In this document: positions 9,582 through 18,843 of the stretch, piece by piece
How positions within the stretch are numbered: the stretch's first letter is position 1
How the letters are laid out: the number at the start of each line of letters is the position of its first letter
NCBI GenBank assembly: GCA_964448115.1
Contig: CAYUVA010000006.1
Location: 43,608-107,607, forward strand
Length of the DNA stretch: 64,000 bases
Direction: 5' to 3'
DNA from: an uncultured bacterium
Lineage (GTDB): Bacteria > CAYUVA01
Made by a program: the position numbers and the translations under genes
The notes under the pieces: generated by a model
What the model saw: the letters and a program-made list of their open reading frames with translations, nothing else
Told to the model about the DNA's origin: nothing
The model's database searches: none

Positions 9582-10849
9582 TCAGCCACTTGCGCCTTTG
9601 AACCCGATTTGATGTATCTCATGAATTCGTCCCTGAACTTGGTAACGAAGCTCTTGACCGGCATAGCGGCGGCTGCTCCCAGCGCGCATATAGTCCTGCC
9701 GTTTATGTTATCCGAGATCTCGCATAGCAGATCCAGGTCCGACTCCTTGCCGTTGCCCTTGAGTATGCGGTCGATGATCTTGAGCATCCATCGGCAGCCC
9801 TCGCGGCAGGGGACGCACTGACCGCAGGTCTCGTGGGTATAAAAGCGAGTGATGTTCCATAGCGCCCTGACCATATCGACCGTCTCGTCCATCACGATAA
9901 CCGCTGCGGATCCCAAGAATGTGCCCTTTGCCTGCAGGGCATCGAAGTCCATTGCCACATCGATCTCGCTCGCCTTGAGCAGCGGCACCGATGACCCGCC
10001 GGGGATGACCGCCTTGAGCTTATTGTCGTTGCGGATGCCCCCGCAGTGCTCGTAGATCAGCTCCTTGAGGTTGATGCCCATGGGGAACTCATAGACCCCC
10101 TGTTTCTTGACATGACCGCTGACGCAGTAGAGCTTGGGTCCGTAATTCTTCTCCCTGCCGTAGCTCTTGAACCAATCGACCCCCTTGTTCATTATCATAC
10201 CTGCGAGGGTAAGCGTCTCCACATTGTTGACCGTAGTGGGCAGGTTCCAGGCGCCGGCGGTGGCGGGGAAGGGTGGCTTGGGTCTCGGATAGCCGCGTCG
10301 CCCCTCAAGCGAGCTGATCAAGCCCATCTCCTCGCCGCAGATATAAGCGCCCGAGCCCCTGTCTATGACCAGGTCGCAACTGAACTTGGATCCAAGAATA
10401 TTCTTTCCGAGATAACCAGCGGCATAAGCCTCCTCGATCGCTTTATTCATTGATGCGAAGCTGTCTGGGTACTCGCCCCTGATATAAATGTACGCAGTAT
10501 CAGCACGGTTGGCGTAAGCAGCGGTCAGGATGCCCTCGATGAGTAAATGAGGGGCATTCTCCATTATGACCCGGTCCTTGAAGGTCCCCGGTTCGGATTC
10601 ATCAGCGTTGCAAATAAGGATATGCCGGCGATCATCCTTGGGCACGAAAGACCACTTGACGCCAGCGGGGAAGCCAGCGCCGCCGCAGCCACGCAGTTGG
10701 CTATCCTTGATGGTTGCGATAACATCATCGGGGCTAAGCTCATGAAGGGTCTTCTTAAGCGCCTCGTAGCCGCCCATGGCAAGATAGTCCTTCAGGCTCT
10801 TGGCTCTGGCATCCTTGGTATAGGCGGTTATCTCCTCGATCTGCTTCAT
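9578..10849 (-). CDS. nuoF: NADH-quinone oxidoreductase subunit F (NADH/FMN-binding, 51-kDa)
   Basis: The motifs GCGGAGFPAG, the SGAYICGEE FMN site, and CGQCVPCREG (4Fe-4S) are all present. Confidence 0.85.
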   Translation of the reverse strand: MKQIEEITAYTKDARAKSLKDYLAMGGYEALKKTLHELSPDDVIATIKDSQLRGCGGAGFPAGVKWSFVPKDDRRHILICNADESEPGTFKDRVIMENAPHLLIEGILTAAYANRADTAYIYIRGEYPDSFASMNKAIEEAYAAGYLGKNILGSKFSCDLVIDRGSGAYICGEEMGLISSLEGRRGYPRPKPPFPATAGAWNLPTTVNNVETLTLAGMIMNKGVDWFKSYGREKNYGPKLYCVSGHVKKQGVYEFPMGINLKELIYEHCGGIRNDNKLKAVIPGGSSVPLLKASEIDVAMDFDALQAKGTFLGSAAVIVMDETVDMVRALWNITRFYTHETCGQCVPCREGCRWMLKIIDRILKGNGKESDLDLLCEISDNINGRTICALGAAAAMPVKSFVTKFRDEFMRYIKSGSKAQVAE

Positions 10850-11332
10850 TTAATCCCTTGCTTTGAGTTCCCTTATTATTTCGATCATCTTCTCTGGCGT
10901 TACCCGGTAGTATGTCTCGAAGTTGACCATTACAACCGGACCCCTGTCGCATCCGCCGAGGCACTCGACCTGCGCTAGCGAGAAGCGCTTATCCTTGGTG
11001 GTTTGCCCCACCTTGATGCCCAGTTCCTTTTGCGCCGCCTCGATGACCTCAAGGCATCCGTTCAGCTCGCAGGAGATGGTGCCGCAGCACTGTATATGGA
11101 ACTTGCCATGATGAGGGAGCTTGTAGAACGAGTAAAAATCGAGCGCTCCATAGACCCGAGCCGGAGCGATCTTGAGGATCTCTGCAAGTTCGGGGATGAC
11201 ATCGTTGGAGACAAAACCGAGGTGATCCTGCACCAGGTAGAATGCCTCCATCAGCCCCCCGCCCGGCTCGTGGAAGCGGGCAGCCACGCTTTGTATCTTC
11301 TCCCTGAGCTGGTTGTCGATCAGATTAGCCAT
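10850..11332 (-). CDS. nuoE: NADH-quinone oxidoreductase subunit E (24-kDa, 2Fe-2S)
   Basis: Thioredoxin-like [2Fe-2S] ligands are present (CCGTISCELNG...CLGGCDRGP). Confidence 0.8.
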   Translation of the reverse strand: MANLIDNQLREKIQSVAARFHEPGGGLMEAFYLVQDHLGFVSNDVIPELAEILKIAPARVYGALDFYSFYKLPHHGKFHIQCCGTISCELNGCLEVIEAAQKELGIKVGQTTKDKRFSLAQVECLGGCDRGPVVMVNFETYYRVTPEKMIEIIRELKARD

Positions 11333-12540
11333 TATTTATCCGCCTCCCCCATTACTGGATCCAGGCTGGCAAAGATGGCGACCGCATCGGCGATCAACTG
11401 CCCCTTGAGCATCTCGCCAGCCAACTGGATATTTACGAAGCTGGGAGAGTGAATCTTCAGCCTCCACGGGGACTTGCCCCCCGCCTTGTGTATGATGGTG
11501 AAGCCGAGTTCTCCCTTGGAGGACTCCACGCCCTGATAAATCTCCCCCTCGGGGAGATCCGGTCCCTCGGTTACGATCTTGAAGTGGTTGATAAGCTCCT
11601 CCATCTTGGTGAGCACATCGACCTTGGGGGGTAGCACGACCTTGGGGAGATCTGCGTTTATAGGACCGCTGGGCATGTTCTCCACGCACTGTCTTACTAT
11701 CTTGGCGCTCTCGTCTATCTCCTGCAACCTGACCAGGTATCTTGCGTAGGTATCCCCCTTTTCCTGTAACGCCATATCGAAGTCGAACTCCTCGTACCCG
11801 CTGTAAGGTCTCGCCTTGCGCACATCGTAAGGTATCCCGCTAGCGCGGGCATTGGGACCGGTTACGCCATAAGCCAGTGCAGTCTCCTTGGACAGGATGC
11901 CGACATCGACCGTGCGCTTCAGCCAGATCTCGTTCTTGCTCAGCAGACCGCGCAGCTCCTTCATCCTCCCCGGCAGGTGATCGAGCAACGCCTTTATCTC
12001 ATCGAGGTTATCCTGTGTAACATCGTTGCGCAGCCCGCCAACCCTGGTGTAGCTGGTGGTAAACCTCGCTCCGCAGATATGCTCGAAGATGTTATATATC
12101 TTCTCCCTGGTATCGAAGCAGTAGAAATAGACGGTCATTGCGCCTATATCGAGCGCGGTAGTAGCTAGCCACAGCAAGTGCGAGGAGATCCTGGCAAGCT
12201 CGCTGACCATTACTCGTATATACTTGCAGCGCGGTGGAACCTCGATACCGCCCAGCTTCTCCACAGCCAGCATGTAGCCGACATTATTGAGCATCGGGTT
12301 CAGGTAATCGAGGCGGTCCGTATGGCAGAGAAACTGCATAAAGGTCAGTCGCTCCGCGGTCTTCTCCTTGCCCCGATGCAGATAGCCAATGATCGGCTTG
12401 ACATCGGTTATATACTCGCCATCAAGGGTGATAAGCAGGCGGCAGACTCCATGGGTGGCAGGATGCTGGGGACCCATGTTCAGAACGATCTGGTTCTTGT
12501 CCTTGTCTGCTATTAACTGTTCAAGCTCTTGTCTCATCAA
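11332..12540 (-). CDS. nuoD: NADH-quinone oxidoreductase subunit D (49-kDa)
   Basis: A 402-aa protein with the NiFe-hydrogenase-large-subunit-like fold motifs (MGPQHPATHGV..., ...RIHSPSFVNI). Confidence 0.85.
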   Translation of the reverse strand: MMRQELEQLIADKDKNQIVLNMGPQHPATHGVCRLLITLDGEYITDVKPIIGYLHRGKEKTAERLTFMQFLCHTDRLDYLNPMLNNVGYMLAVEKLGGIEVPPRCKYIRVMVSELARISSHLLWLATTALDIGAMTVYFYCFDTREKIYNIFEHICGARFTTSYTRVGGLRNDVTQDNLDEIKALLDHLPGRMKELRGLLSKNEIWLKRTVDVGILSKETALAYGVTGPNARASGIPYDVRKARPYSGYEEFDFDMALQEKGDTYARYLVRLQEIDESAKIVRQCVENMPSGPINADLPKVVLPPKVDVLTKMEELINHFKIVTEGPDLPEGEIYQGVESSKGELGFTIIHKAGGKSPWRLKIHSPSFVNIQLAGEMLKGQLIADAVAIFASLDPVMGEADK

Positions 12541-13172
12541 TCACCCTTTGGCTTGTATTTTCTGACCTTAGCCATGGTCCCTTTTCTTATCTTTTGCTTC
12601 TTGCACTCGCCTGTCGTGATCCTAGCCTCGCACTCCTCGAAGGGGTAGAACTCGCACTCCTCGCGCTTGAGGTGGTGCACCTGCTCTGGACCGGCGTGTC
12701 CGGTGAAGGGAAAGTCTTTGCGCAGAGGATGCCCCTCGAAGTCCTCCCACATATATATTCGGCGCAGGTCCGGATGCCCCTCAAAGTGAATGCCCATCAT
12801 GTCGTAGGCTTCGCGCTCCAGCCAGTTGGCGCCCGCATATACCGACACCAGGCTAGGAACCATTGGCTTAGATTTTTCGATATCATCGGTGTCTGGTATG
12901 AGTGCCTTGACCAGGATGCGGTAGTTGTTTTTGATTGAAAGGAAAATGTAAATCAAGGCAAACCTCGGCTGCTTCCACCCGCTGTAGTCAACCGAGACGA
13001 TATCGAGCAGCATCTCGAAGTCGAATGGCGCGACATTGAGCCTCTCGGCAACCTTTACAATGTCGGCTGCATCGATGATGAGCATTATGTCGCCTCGATG
13101 CTCCGAGATCTCCTTTATAAGCTCTGGATTATCAGCCTGGAATCTTGATAGGATGCTCTTCAGGTCTGCCAT
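12537..13172 (-). CDS. nuoC: NADH-quinone oxidoreductase subunit C (30-kDa) with Cys/Lys-rich C-terminal tail
   Basis: The motif [21 protein letters not shown] is present. The tail is [24 protein letters not shown].... Confidence 0.8.
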   Translation of the reverse strand: MADLKSILSRFQADNPELIKEISEHRGDIMLIIDAADIVKVAERLNVAPFDFEMLLDIVSVDYSGWKQPRFALIYIFLSIKNNYRILVKALIPDTDDIEKSKPMVPSLVSVYAGANWLEREAYDMMGIHFEGHPDLRRIYMWEDFEGHPLRKDFPFTGHAGPEQVHHLKREECEFYPFEECEARITTGECKKQKIRKGTMAKVRKYKPKGD

Positions 13173-13680
13173 TTTTTATCCACTCGCGAAGTTTCAGCAG
13201 TGCGTCGATTACACTCTCCGGCCTAGGGGGACATCCGCCGACATAAACATCGACAGGGAGGAAGTGATCGATACCAGGTACCACAGAGTAATTGCTGCGG
13301 TACAAGCCACCGGAACAGACGCAGGCTCCCATGGCGATCACCCACTTGGGAGTAGCCATCTGGTCGTAGATCCTGCGCACCACCGGCGCCATCTTGTAGG
13401 TTACCGTGCCTGCCACGATCATGCAGTCAGCCTGCCGGGGCGAAAAGCGCATGACCTCCATTCCGAAGCGGGAAATATCGTACCTCGGCGCCACCAGACC
13501 CATCATCTCTATGGCGCAACAGGAGATCCCCATCGGCATGGGCCAGAGGCTCCCTCGCTGCCCCCACTTGATTAGATACTTATCAATGGTCTCGATGGTG
13601 GTTAGATAGATGTTGCGAAGTAACCCGGACCTCTTTTCCGCTTCCGCTTCAGTTACTGCTAGTTCTGGTTCTGCATTCAT
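13132..13680 (-). CDS. nuoB: NADH-quinone oxidoreductase subunit B (20-kDa, N2 cluster)
   Basis: The motifs CCAIEMM...GACVCSGG...GCPPRP are present. It is the first gene of the operon and overlaps nuoC by 41 nt. Confidence 0.85.
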   Translation of the reverse strand: MNAEPELAVTEAEAEKRSGLLRNIYLTTIETIDKYLIKWGQRGSLWPMPMGISCCAIEMMGLVAPRYDISRFGMEVMRFSPRQADCMIVAGTVTYKMAPVVRRIYDQMATPKWVIAMGACVCSGGLYRSNYSVVPGIDHFLPVDVYVGGCPPRPESVIDALLKLREWIKNGRPEEHPIKIPG

Positions 13681-13690
13681 ATCGCCTGCC

Positions 13691-13719
13691 TGTATAAATC
13701 ATTTTTCAACCGATTGCAA
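13691..13719 (-). promoter_or_regulatory. Candidate sigma70-type promoter for the nuo operon (TTGCAA-17 bp-TATACA on minus strand), roughly 10 nt upstream of nuoB ATG
   Basis: Hexamer spacing was read directly. The leader would be very short. Other candidate hexamers exist further upstream. Confidence 0.25.
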
Positions 13720-13789
13720 GAGGAAAATGCACCCAAATCAAAAAAATCGTGTTTTTTTAACTTGTGGCTCTCAAAATGTACGACTCCAT

Positions 13790-13821
13790 CACGCAAAGAC
13801 GCTCACGCAAAGAACGCAAAG
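13790..13821. repeat. Reverse-complement copy of the CTTTGCGT octamer-repeat motif (plus strand reads CACGCAAAGACGCTCACGCAAAGAACGCAAAG)
   Basis: Three tandem CACGCAAAG units lie upstream of the nuo operon. Confidence 0.5.
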
Positions 13822-14009
13822 AAAGAAAGAGATACCGTGCTACCGTTTTTCTTTCATTTATCGATTCGAGCTTAGTAAGAAAAAATCCCACCGGATTCGG
13901 CCATTGCTATTGCAAAAAGGTGAGAATGGACCAAGTATGGATTAATATAATGTCAATCTAGTATTAGGTGTTATATGAATGCTTTCCAGCCTAACTGTAC
14001 CTTGAATAG

Positions 14010-14043
14010 GGCGGTGTCCTTCCTTGTTGTAAAGGACACCGCC
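14010..14043. terminator. Perfect 12-bp GC-rich stem-loop (GGCGGTGTCCTT-N10-AAGGACACCGCC) downstream of the phasin-like gene; possible terminator, U-tract weak
   Basis: The stem was read directly. T-rich sequence follows on the plus strand only. Confidence 0.35.
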
Positions 14044-14073
14044 GGTTAATCTTCTTGGAGCTAGTTTTTCAAA

Positions 14074-14472
14074 CTAGGGGGTTGCTTCTTTTTTTCCCTC
14101 GGAAGTCTGCTCGCTGGCCTGCTCTTGAGCGTTCTCCTCTTTCCTTTGTCGCTTGGTGATTTTTTCCAGTTTATTTGTTATCTCGGATAGCCTGCTTTTA
14201 ACATCCTCGATTTCCTTTTTGAACTGTAGTCGTTCAAATGCTTTGTTGATGCTCTCTTCGATTCGCTTCTGAAGCTCCTCGGTGTTTTGTTTGATTCGCT
14301 CCTTGACCTCATTGACAAATTTACGAGCCTCGATGTCGCTCGCCTCACCTTCCTTGATAAGGGTATCATAGAGTTTCTCAGCCTCAGCTTCGACCACGGA
14401 GAATGCGCCCAGGCTGATCAGATAAACCTTGCGCAGCGATTCCTTTGCTCCCTTAGTTACACTTTCCATCAT
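14074..14472 (-). CDS. Phasin-family (PHA granule-associated, PhaF-like) coiled-coil protein
   Basis: A 132-aa charged helical protein. The N-terminal ...KVYLISLGAFSVVEAEAEKLYDTLIKEGE... resembles the TIGR01837 phasin family. Confidence 0.45.
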   Translation of the reverse strand: MMESVTKGAKESLRKVYLISLGAFSVVEAEAEKLYDTLIKEGEASDIEARKFVNEVKERIKQNTEELQKRIEESINKAFERLQFKKEIEDVKSRLSEITNKLEKITKRQRKEENAQEQASEQTSEGKKEATP

Positions 14473-14509
14473 AATTTAACTCCTTTCTTTTGAAGTGTTC
14501 ATTAGCAAT

Positions 14510-14526
14510 ATAACGCATTGCGTTAT
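14510..14526. promoter_or_regulatory. Perfect palindrome ATAACGCA-T-TGCGTTAT about 38 nt upstream of the phasin-like gene start; candidate operator
   Basis: The 8-bp arms and 1-nt centre were read directly. Confidence 0.3.
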
Positions 14527-14656
14527 GAATGTCAAGAGGCAAAATCAAAAAAAGATTAATATTGATTCGGGCGCCTATGAGACGCTTGTTGGCTTAGGTG
14601 CGGGCAAGATGCAAAGGGCGCTTGCATTGCTCAATACCGTTCGTACTTTTTGTTAC

Positions 14657-14685
14657 TTGACAAGATGACTTTCAGGAGGTATATT
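14657..14685 (+). promoter_or_regulatory. Near-consensus sigma70 promoter TTGACA-17 bp-TATATT upstream of the NYN-domain gene
   Basis: The hexamers and 17-nt spacer were read directly. Confidence 0.45.
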
Positions 14686-14751
14686 ATAGATGATTATTTA
14701 TACTCAGGCGGTAAAGCGATTAGAAGCAAAGCCCCCTGGGATATAATTTAT

Positions 14752-14782
14752 AGGGCAGACTGGCGAGCTGCCCTTTATTTTT
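14752..14782 (+). terminator. Leader hairpin AGGGCAG-N9-CTGCCCT followed by TTTATTTTT, 14 nt before the NYN gene SD; attenuator-like intrinsic terminator
   Basis: Read directly. It is located between the candidate promoter and the AAGGAG SD of the 14796 gene. Confidence 0.4.
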
Positions 14783-14795
14783 AAGGAGAATACGG

Positions 14796-15845
14796 ATGAT
14801 TAAAGTTGCCATTTTTATCGACGGCAAGAACTTCTACAAGTCGCTTCGAGCACATGATCCCAACATCATAATCGACTACAAGAAATTCGCCCAATGGCTT
14901 TGCAACAAGGTCGGAGGCGAAAACGCTCGAATGGTCGGTGCTTACTATTACACTGGTTATGCACCTGACTCAGGCTCACCTTCTGAGAAGCTGCATCACT
15001 TCCTTGAAGGGCTGGATCGCCAAGAAGGCTACAATGTGCGCTATAGTCCCCTTATCTACCGTAAAATGACCTGCAAGCACTGCGGCAAAGAGATCCGCTA
15101 TACTACCGAGAAGAGAGTCGATACCAGGCTGGTCTCAGAGATATTACAGCTTGGGGCGGTAGATGCGTTCGATGTTGCTGTCTTGATCTCCGGCGACCAG
15201 GACTTTGTCCCCGCTGTGAAAGCCCTGAACACGATCGGAAAACAGGTATATATCGCCACCTGGGGAGGGCATGGACTCTCAAGGGAACTGCGCAGCGCAG
15301 CCTTCGGGGAGGTCAACTTGATCCAAGGAAAAAGTGAGTTCGTGTTCCAAAGACAGACTGATGTTATTACCAATATGAAAAAAGAGATCAACCTGGCACA
15401 TAGCTGGTTTTCCCAGAAAAATGGCTTTTTAGGCAAGAGCTTCTTTGTCGAAAAATGGATACCAAAGTTCATTATCCCCGCTGCCGGAGCGGAAAGAGAA
15501 GAACTGCTCAACAAGATGATCGAGAGGGGACAGGTGGAAGAATACAAGGTCTCAGATGCGACCGGTAAGATGATCTCGGCGATAAGGGTGCCAGAAAGAG
15601 AGCAATATGAGCGAATAGATCGCCGAGCTGATTACCGCGATGACTACCAGGAAGATGACCAGCAGTACGACCGATACGATGACTCGGATTACGACACCGA
15701 TGACGAGGACTACGAGCAGGGTAACGACCAACCATTTGATGACTATAAACCGAGTGAAGCCGACCGGGATAACATCCAGCAAGATAAATGCCAGGATGAT
15801 GATAATATTCGCACCGATGATGAGGATAATCGGTTCTCGGAGTGA
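14796..15845 (+). CDS. NYN-domain (LabA/PIN-like RNase) protein with long acidic D/E/Y/Q-rich C-terminal tail
   Basis: The NYN motifs IFIDGKNFY...DTRLV...DVAVLISGDQDF are present. The tail is ...DYRDDYQEDDQQYDRYDDSDYDTDDEDYEQ.... The SD AAGGAG is present. Confidence 0.65.
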   Translation: MIKVAIFIDGKNFYKSLRAHDPNIIIDYKKFAQWLCNKVGGENARMVGAYYYTGYAPDSGSPSEKLHHFLEGLDRQEGYNVRYSPLIYRKMTCKHCGKEIRYTTEKRVDTRLVSEILQLGAVDAFDVAVLISGDQDFVPAVKALNTIGKQVYIATWGGHGLSRELRSAAFGEVNLIQGKSEFVFQRQTDVITNMKKEINLAHSWFSQKNGFLGKSFFVEKWIPKFIIPAAGAEREELLNKMIERGQVEEYKVSDATGKMISAIRVPEREQYERIDRRADYRDDYQEDDQQYDRYDDSDYDTDDEDYEQGNDQPFDDYKPSEADRDNIQQDKCQDDDNIRTDDEDNRFSE

Positions 15846-15898
15846 GATCTGACTGGGATCTTCTGGCACGGAATACGGCGGCTTTGTAATATTGCTGC

Positions 15899-17410
15899 TT
15901 GAAAAAGATAGATATCAATATAATGTTCAAGCGCCCAATCTCCATCGTATTCATAATAACATTATGCCTTCTTGTCTATGTTGAGTCATCAAATCTAAGT
16001 TACATCGATGATGATGCCTTTATCAGCGCACGCTATGCACGCAATCTAGTAAATGGGCATGGTTTGGTCTTCAATCCAGGAGAGCGCATCGAAGGGATCA
16101 CAAACCTGCTCTGGACATTGATCCTGGCAATTCCTCACCTACTTGATATCGATTTTGTAGGTTTCGCACGGGCTTTGTCCATAATCCTGGTTGGGCTGCT
16201 TTTCACTTGTATGGCTGGATATTGCATCACAAGCCTGAAATTAAGTGACCAATCAAGCTGGCTTGCCATTTTGCTGATAGCCCTATCAGCTACACTTTAC
16301 TTATGGTCTCTTTCTGGCTTGGAGTCAGCGCTGTTTACCCTGTTAGTTTTCCTTGGCATAGCCAGAGAATATAAGCAGCAGAGGGTGAATGATCACATAT
16401 TGCAAGGGGTGATTTGGGGGGTATCCTTTGCCATAAGACCTGATGCCCTGGTCTTTCTGGGAGCATTAATCAGCTTCAGATTTTTCTTTGCAAAACAGAC
16501 CCATCGTCCCGGTGGCACCACTTGGCTAGTGATCTTTTTTCTACCTCTTTTTATCATGGTCGAGGGATTTCGGCTATGTTATTATGGTGCTCTAATACCG
16601 AACTCATATTACTTGCGGAGTTGGCAAGGGCTGGATGGATTAGCGATCAACCTCGTTCCGGGGGCAATCTATACGGGAAGGTTTCTCATCTCTAGCGGCT
16701 TATGGATGCTTCTGCCCTTGGCGATGATAGGTAATCTGCAAAAACATAGAGAATTTCAGCGCTTCATGTGGATTTTCTTCTTATATTTTCTGTATATGTT
16801 ATGGGTTGGTGGAGATAGCAAGGTGTTCTACCGGCTATGGCTGCCTCTATTGCCCCTTGGCTATATATGGCTTGCTTATTCGATAGACCGCCTCAACGAG
16901 CGATTAAGGAATCGAAAATACAACAAGGCGATAATAGCTATGGCGGTATTTTTAGTCATTTCAGCGACTTGTGCGCCAACATTCAATTGCCTCGATTTCG
17001 GCGACCACGAGAGAACAAGAAACATAGCCAAGCATCTCCACCCAGACCGGGTGAGAACCGGCAGATACCTGGCTCGTGCAGCAGGTCCTGATGATACCCT
17101 GGCATTGAGTGCCATTGGTGTAATACCATATCTTAGCGGACTTTATACCTATGACTTCATGGGGCTTATAGATCCCAGGATAAAAGCGGTGGAACTCGGA
17201 AGCGGATTCGGCATGACCGCACACAGAAAATCGCTTTTTTATCAGGTAATTAAAGATAGACCAATTTATGTTGTAATGAGTACCGTGATCCGATCTAGGG
17301 AGATAGATTACCTGGAAAAGGTGGGCTATCAAAGAATAGGTGCACCGGCTGCCTTTCCTGTATTCAAGTATCAGCCAACTGGTAGTGAAGCAAGCTCAAT
17401 CAAGCCCTGA
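15899..17410 (+). CDS. Polytopic membrane glycosyltransferase, GT-C fold (ArnT/PMT-like)
   Basis: A membrane protein of about 12 TM. The conserved first-loop motif DDDAFISARYARNLVNGHG...NPGERIEG is present. Confidence 0.5.
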   Translation: MKKIDINIMFKRPISIVFIITLCLLVYVESSNLSYIDDDAFISARYARNLVNGHGLVFNPGERIEGITNLLWTLILAIPHLLDIDFVGFARALSIILVGLLFTCMAGYCITSLKLSDQSSWLAILLIALSATLYLWSLSGLESALFTLLVFLGIAREYKQQRVNDHILQGVIWGVSFAIRPDALVFLGALISFRFFFAKQTHRPGGTTWLVIFFLPLFIMVEGFRLCYYGALIPNSYYLRSWQGLDGLAINLVPGAIYTGRFLISSGLWMLLPLAMIGNLQKHREFQRFMWIFFLYFLYMLWVGGDSKVFYRLWLPLLPLGYIWLAYSIDRLNERLRNRKYNKAIIAMAVFLVISATCAPTFNCLDFGDHERTRNIAKHLHPDRVRTGRYLARAAGPDDTLALSAIGVIPYLSGLYTYDFMGLIDPRIKAVELGSGFGMTAHRKSLFYQVIKDRPIYVVMSTVIRSREIDYLEKVGYQRIGAPAAFPVFKYQPTGSEASSIKP

Positions 17411-17687
17411 CTGCAAGATACCTGTCCATCTTCTCCCTTTTTATTCCCTCCAGGTACTCTTGCCTGCTTATTTGGGTGATCTCCTTGATGGCATCCAATG
17501 TTCCTCTTCTTTTCAGTCGAGGCATCTTGAGGGCATTGCGCATCACGGTAACCATATCCCTTCCCTTGAAGTAGCGCACGAAGGTATGACTCTTACCAGC
17601 TCCCACATGCCCACCATCAAGTATCAATTTGTAATACATCACATTCACCCACCTTAAGTATGGCAAGAATAGTGCCAGGAAGATCAT
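17400..17687 (-). CDS. Hypothetical small protein (95 aa)
   Basis: ORF only. No family recognised. Confidence 0.3.
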   Translation of the reverse strand: MIFLALFLPYLRWVNVMYYKLILDGGHVGAGKSHTFVRYFKGRDMVTVMRNALKMPRLKRRGTLDAIKEITQISRQEYLEGIKREKMDRYLAVRA

Positions 17688-17811
17688 GGGGGTGGAATGC
17701 TGTTAACCTACTGGTATTATTGGATTTTATGAGGAAAGCCCTCGCAGAAAACTTATTCTATAGTGTGCAAATATTGCGCACTACTATCCTTCTGTGCAAA
17801 TCTTGCAGGGA

Positions 17812-18816
17812 TCATCGATCGGGAAGCCCAAATAGATCTCTTTGGCATAGGGCAGCAACCCCCAAGATGGCGGAATCGTGTCCTAGCTTCGAGATCTCTA
17901 TCTTCACCGAGTCGGCTGGAGTAGTAAAGGCTCTTTTTTTCATCTCCGTGATGGCAATTGGCAAAAAATACTCGACAGCCTCGGTCAATCCGCCACCTAG
18001 CACTATGATCTCTGGGTTGAAAATATTGACCAGGTCGGCAAATCCAATACCGAGCCATCTTCCCATCTCAAAGAATATAGACCTGGATAGCTCATCATCG
18101 TTCTCTGCCGCCTGGTAAAGGTGCCGTGGGGTCAGCTCAGGAGCATCCACCTCGCTCAACAGGCTTTTTTTGCCTTGAGCCTGCCACTGATCCAGTTTTT
18201 GCGGTATTATCCTTATGAGCGCATTTGCAGAGACATACGTCTCCAGGCATCCGTTGTTACCACAGCCACACTCAGCGCCATCCGGTTGGATGGTTATATG
18301 TCCCAGCTCTCCAGCGGTTCCATCCTTTCCATGATAGATCTTGCCATCGATGATAATTCCGCCTCCCAAGCCGGTGCCGAGAGTGATGCCTAGCATGTTT
18401 CTATATCGCCGATTGAAGCCATAGACATACTCGCCATAAGCAAAGGCATTGGCATCGTTTTCCAGGATCACAGGTATGCCGAAGCGATCCTTCAAGATTT
18501 TTGTAAGGGGCACATTGTTCCAGTCAGGAAAGTTAGGAAGGGTGATTATAATCCCCTTATCGAGCAGCGCCGGTCCCGGTGTGCCTATCCCTATTCCACT
18601 TATAGCCATTCCCTCAGAGGCTGCCGTGGCAAAAAAACCATCGCACAGGTTGTACAACTTGCCAAGCACATTATCTTTGCCTTCATCTGCTTTGGTGCAT
18701 AGACTCTTTCTCTTAAGTATGGTTCCGTTGCTATCCACCAATCCAGCCTTGATATTAGTGCCTCCAAGGTCGATGCCTAGAACGGCCATGTTCCTTTGTG
18801 TCTCCAAGTCCTTCAT
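17812..18816 (-). CDS. ROK-family sugar kinase (glucokinase-like)
   Basis: The motifs LGIDLGGTNIKAG, ENDANAFAYGE, and the Zn motif CGCGNNGCLE are present. Confidence 0.75.
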   Translation of the reverse strand: MKDLETQRNMAVLGIDLGGTNIKAGLVDSNGTILKRKSLCTKADEGKDNVLGKLYNLCDGFFATAASEGMAISGIGIGTPGPALLDKGIIITLPNFPDWNNVPLTKILKDRFGIPVILENDANAFAYGEYVYGFNRRYRNMLGITLGTGLGGGIIIDGKIYHGKDGTAGELGHITIQPDGAECGCGNNGCLETYVSANALIRIIPQKLDQWQAQGKKSLLSEVDAPELTPRHLYQAAENDDELSRSIFFEMGRWLGIGFADLVNIFNPEIIVLGGGLTEAVEYFLPIAITEMKKRAFTTPADSVKIEISKLGHDSAILGVAALCQRDLFGLPDR

Positions 18817-18843
18817 ACCAAGCGGATCTAATCGATTCTGAAA

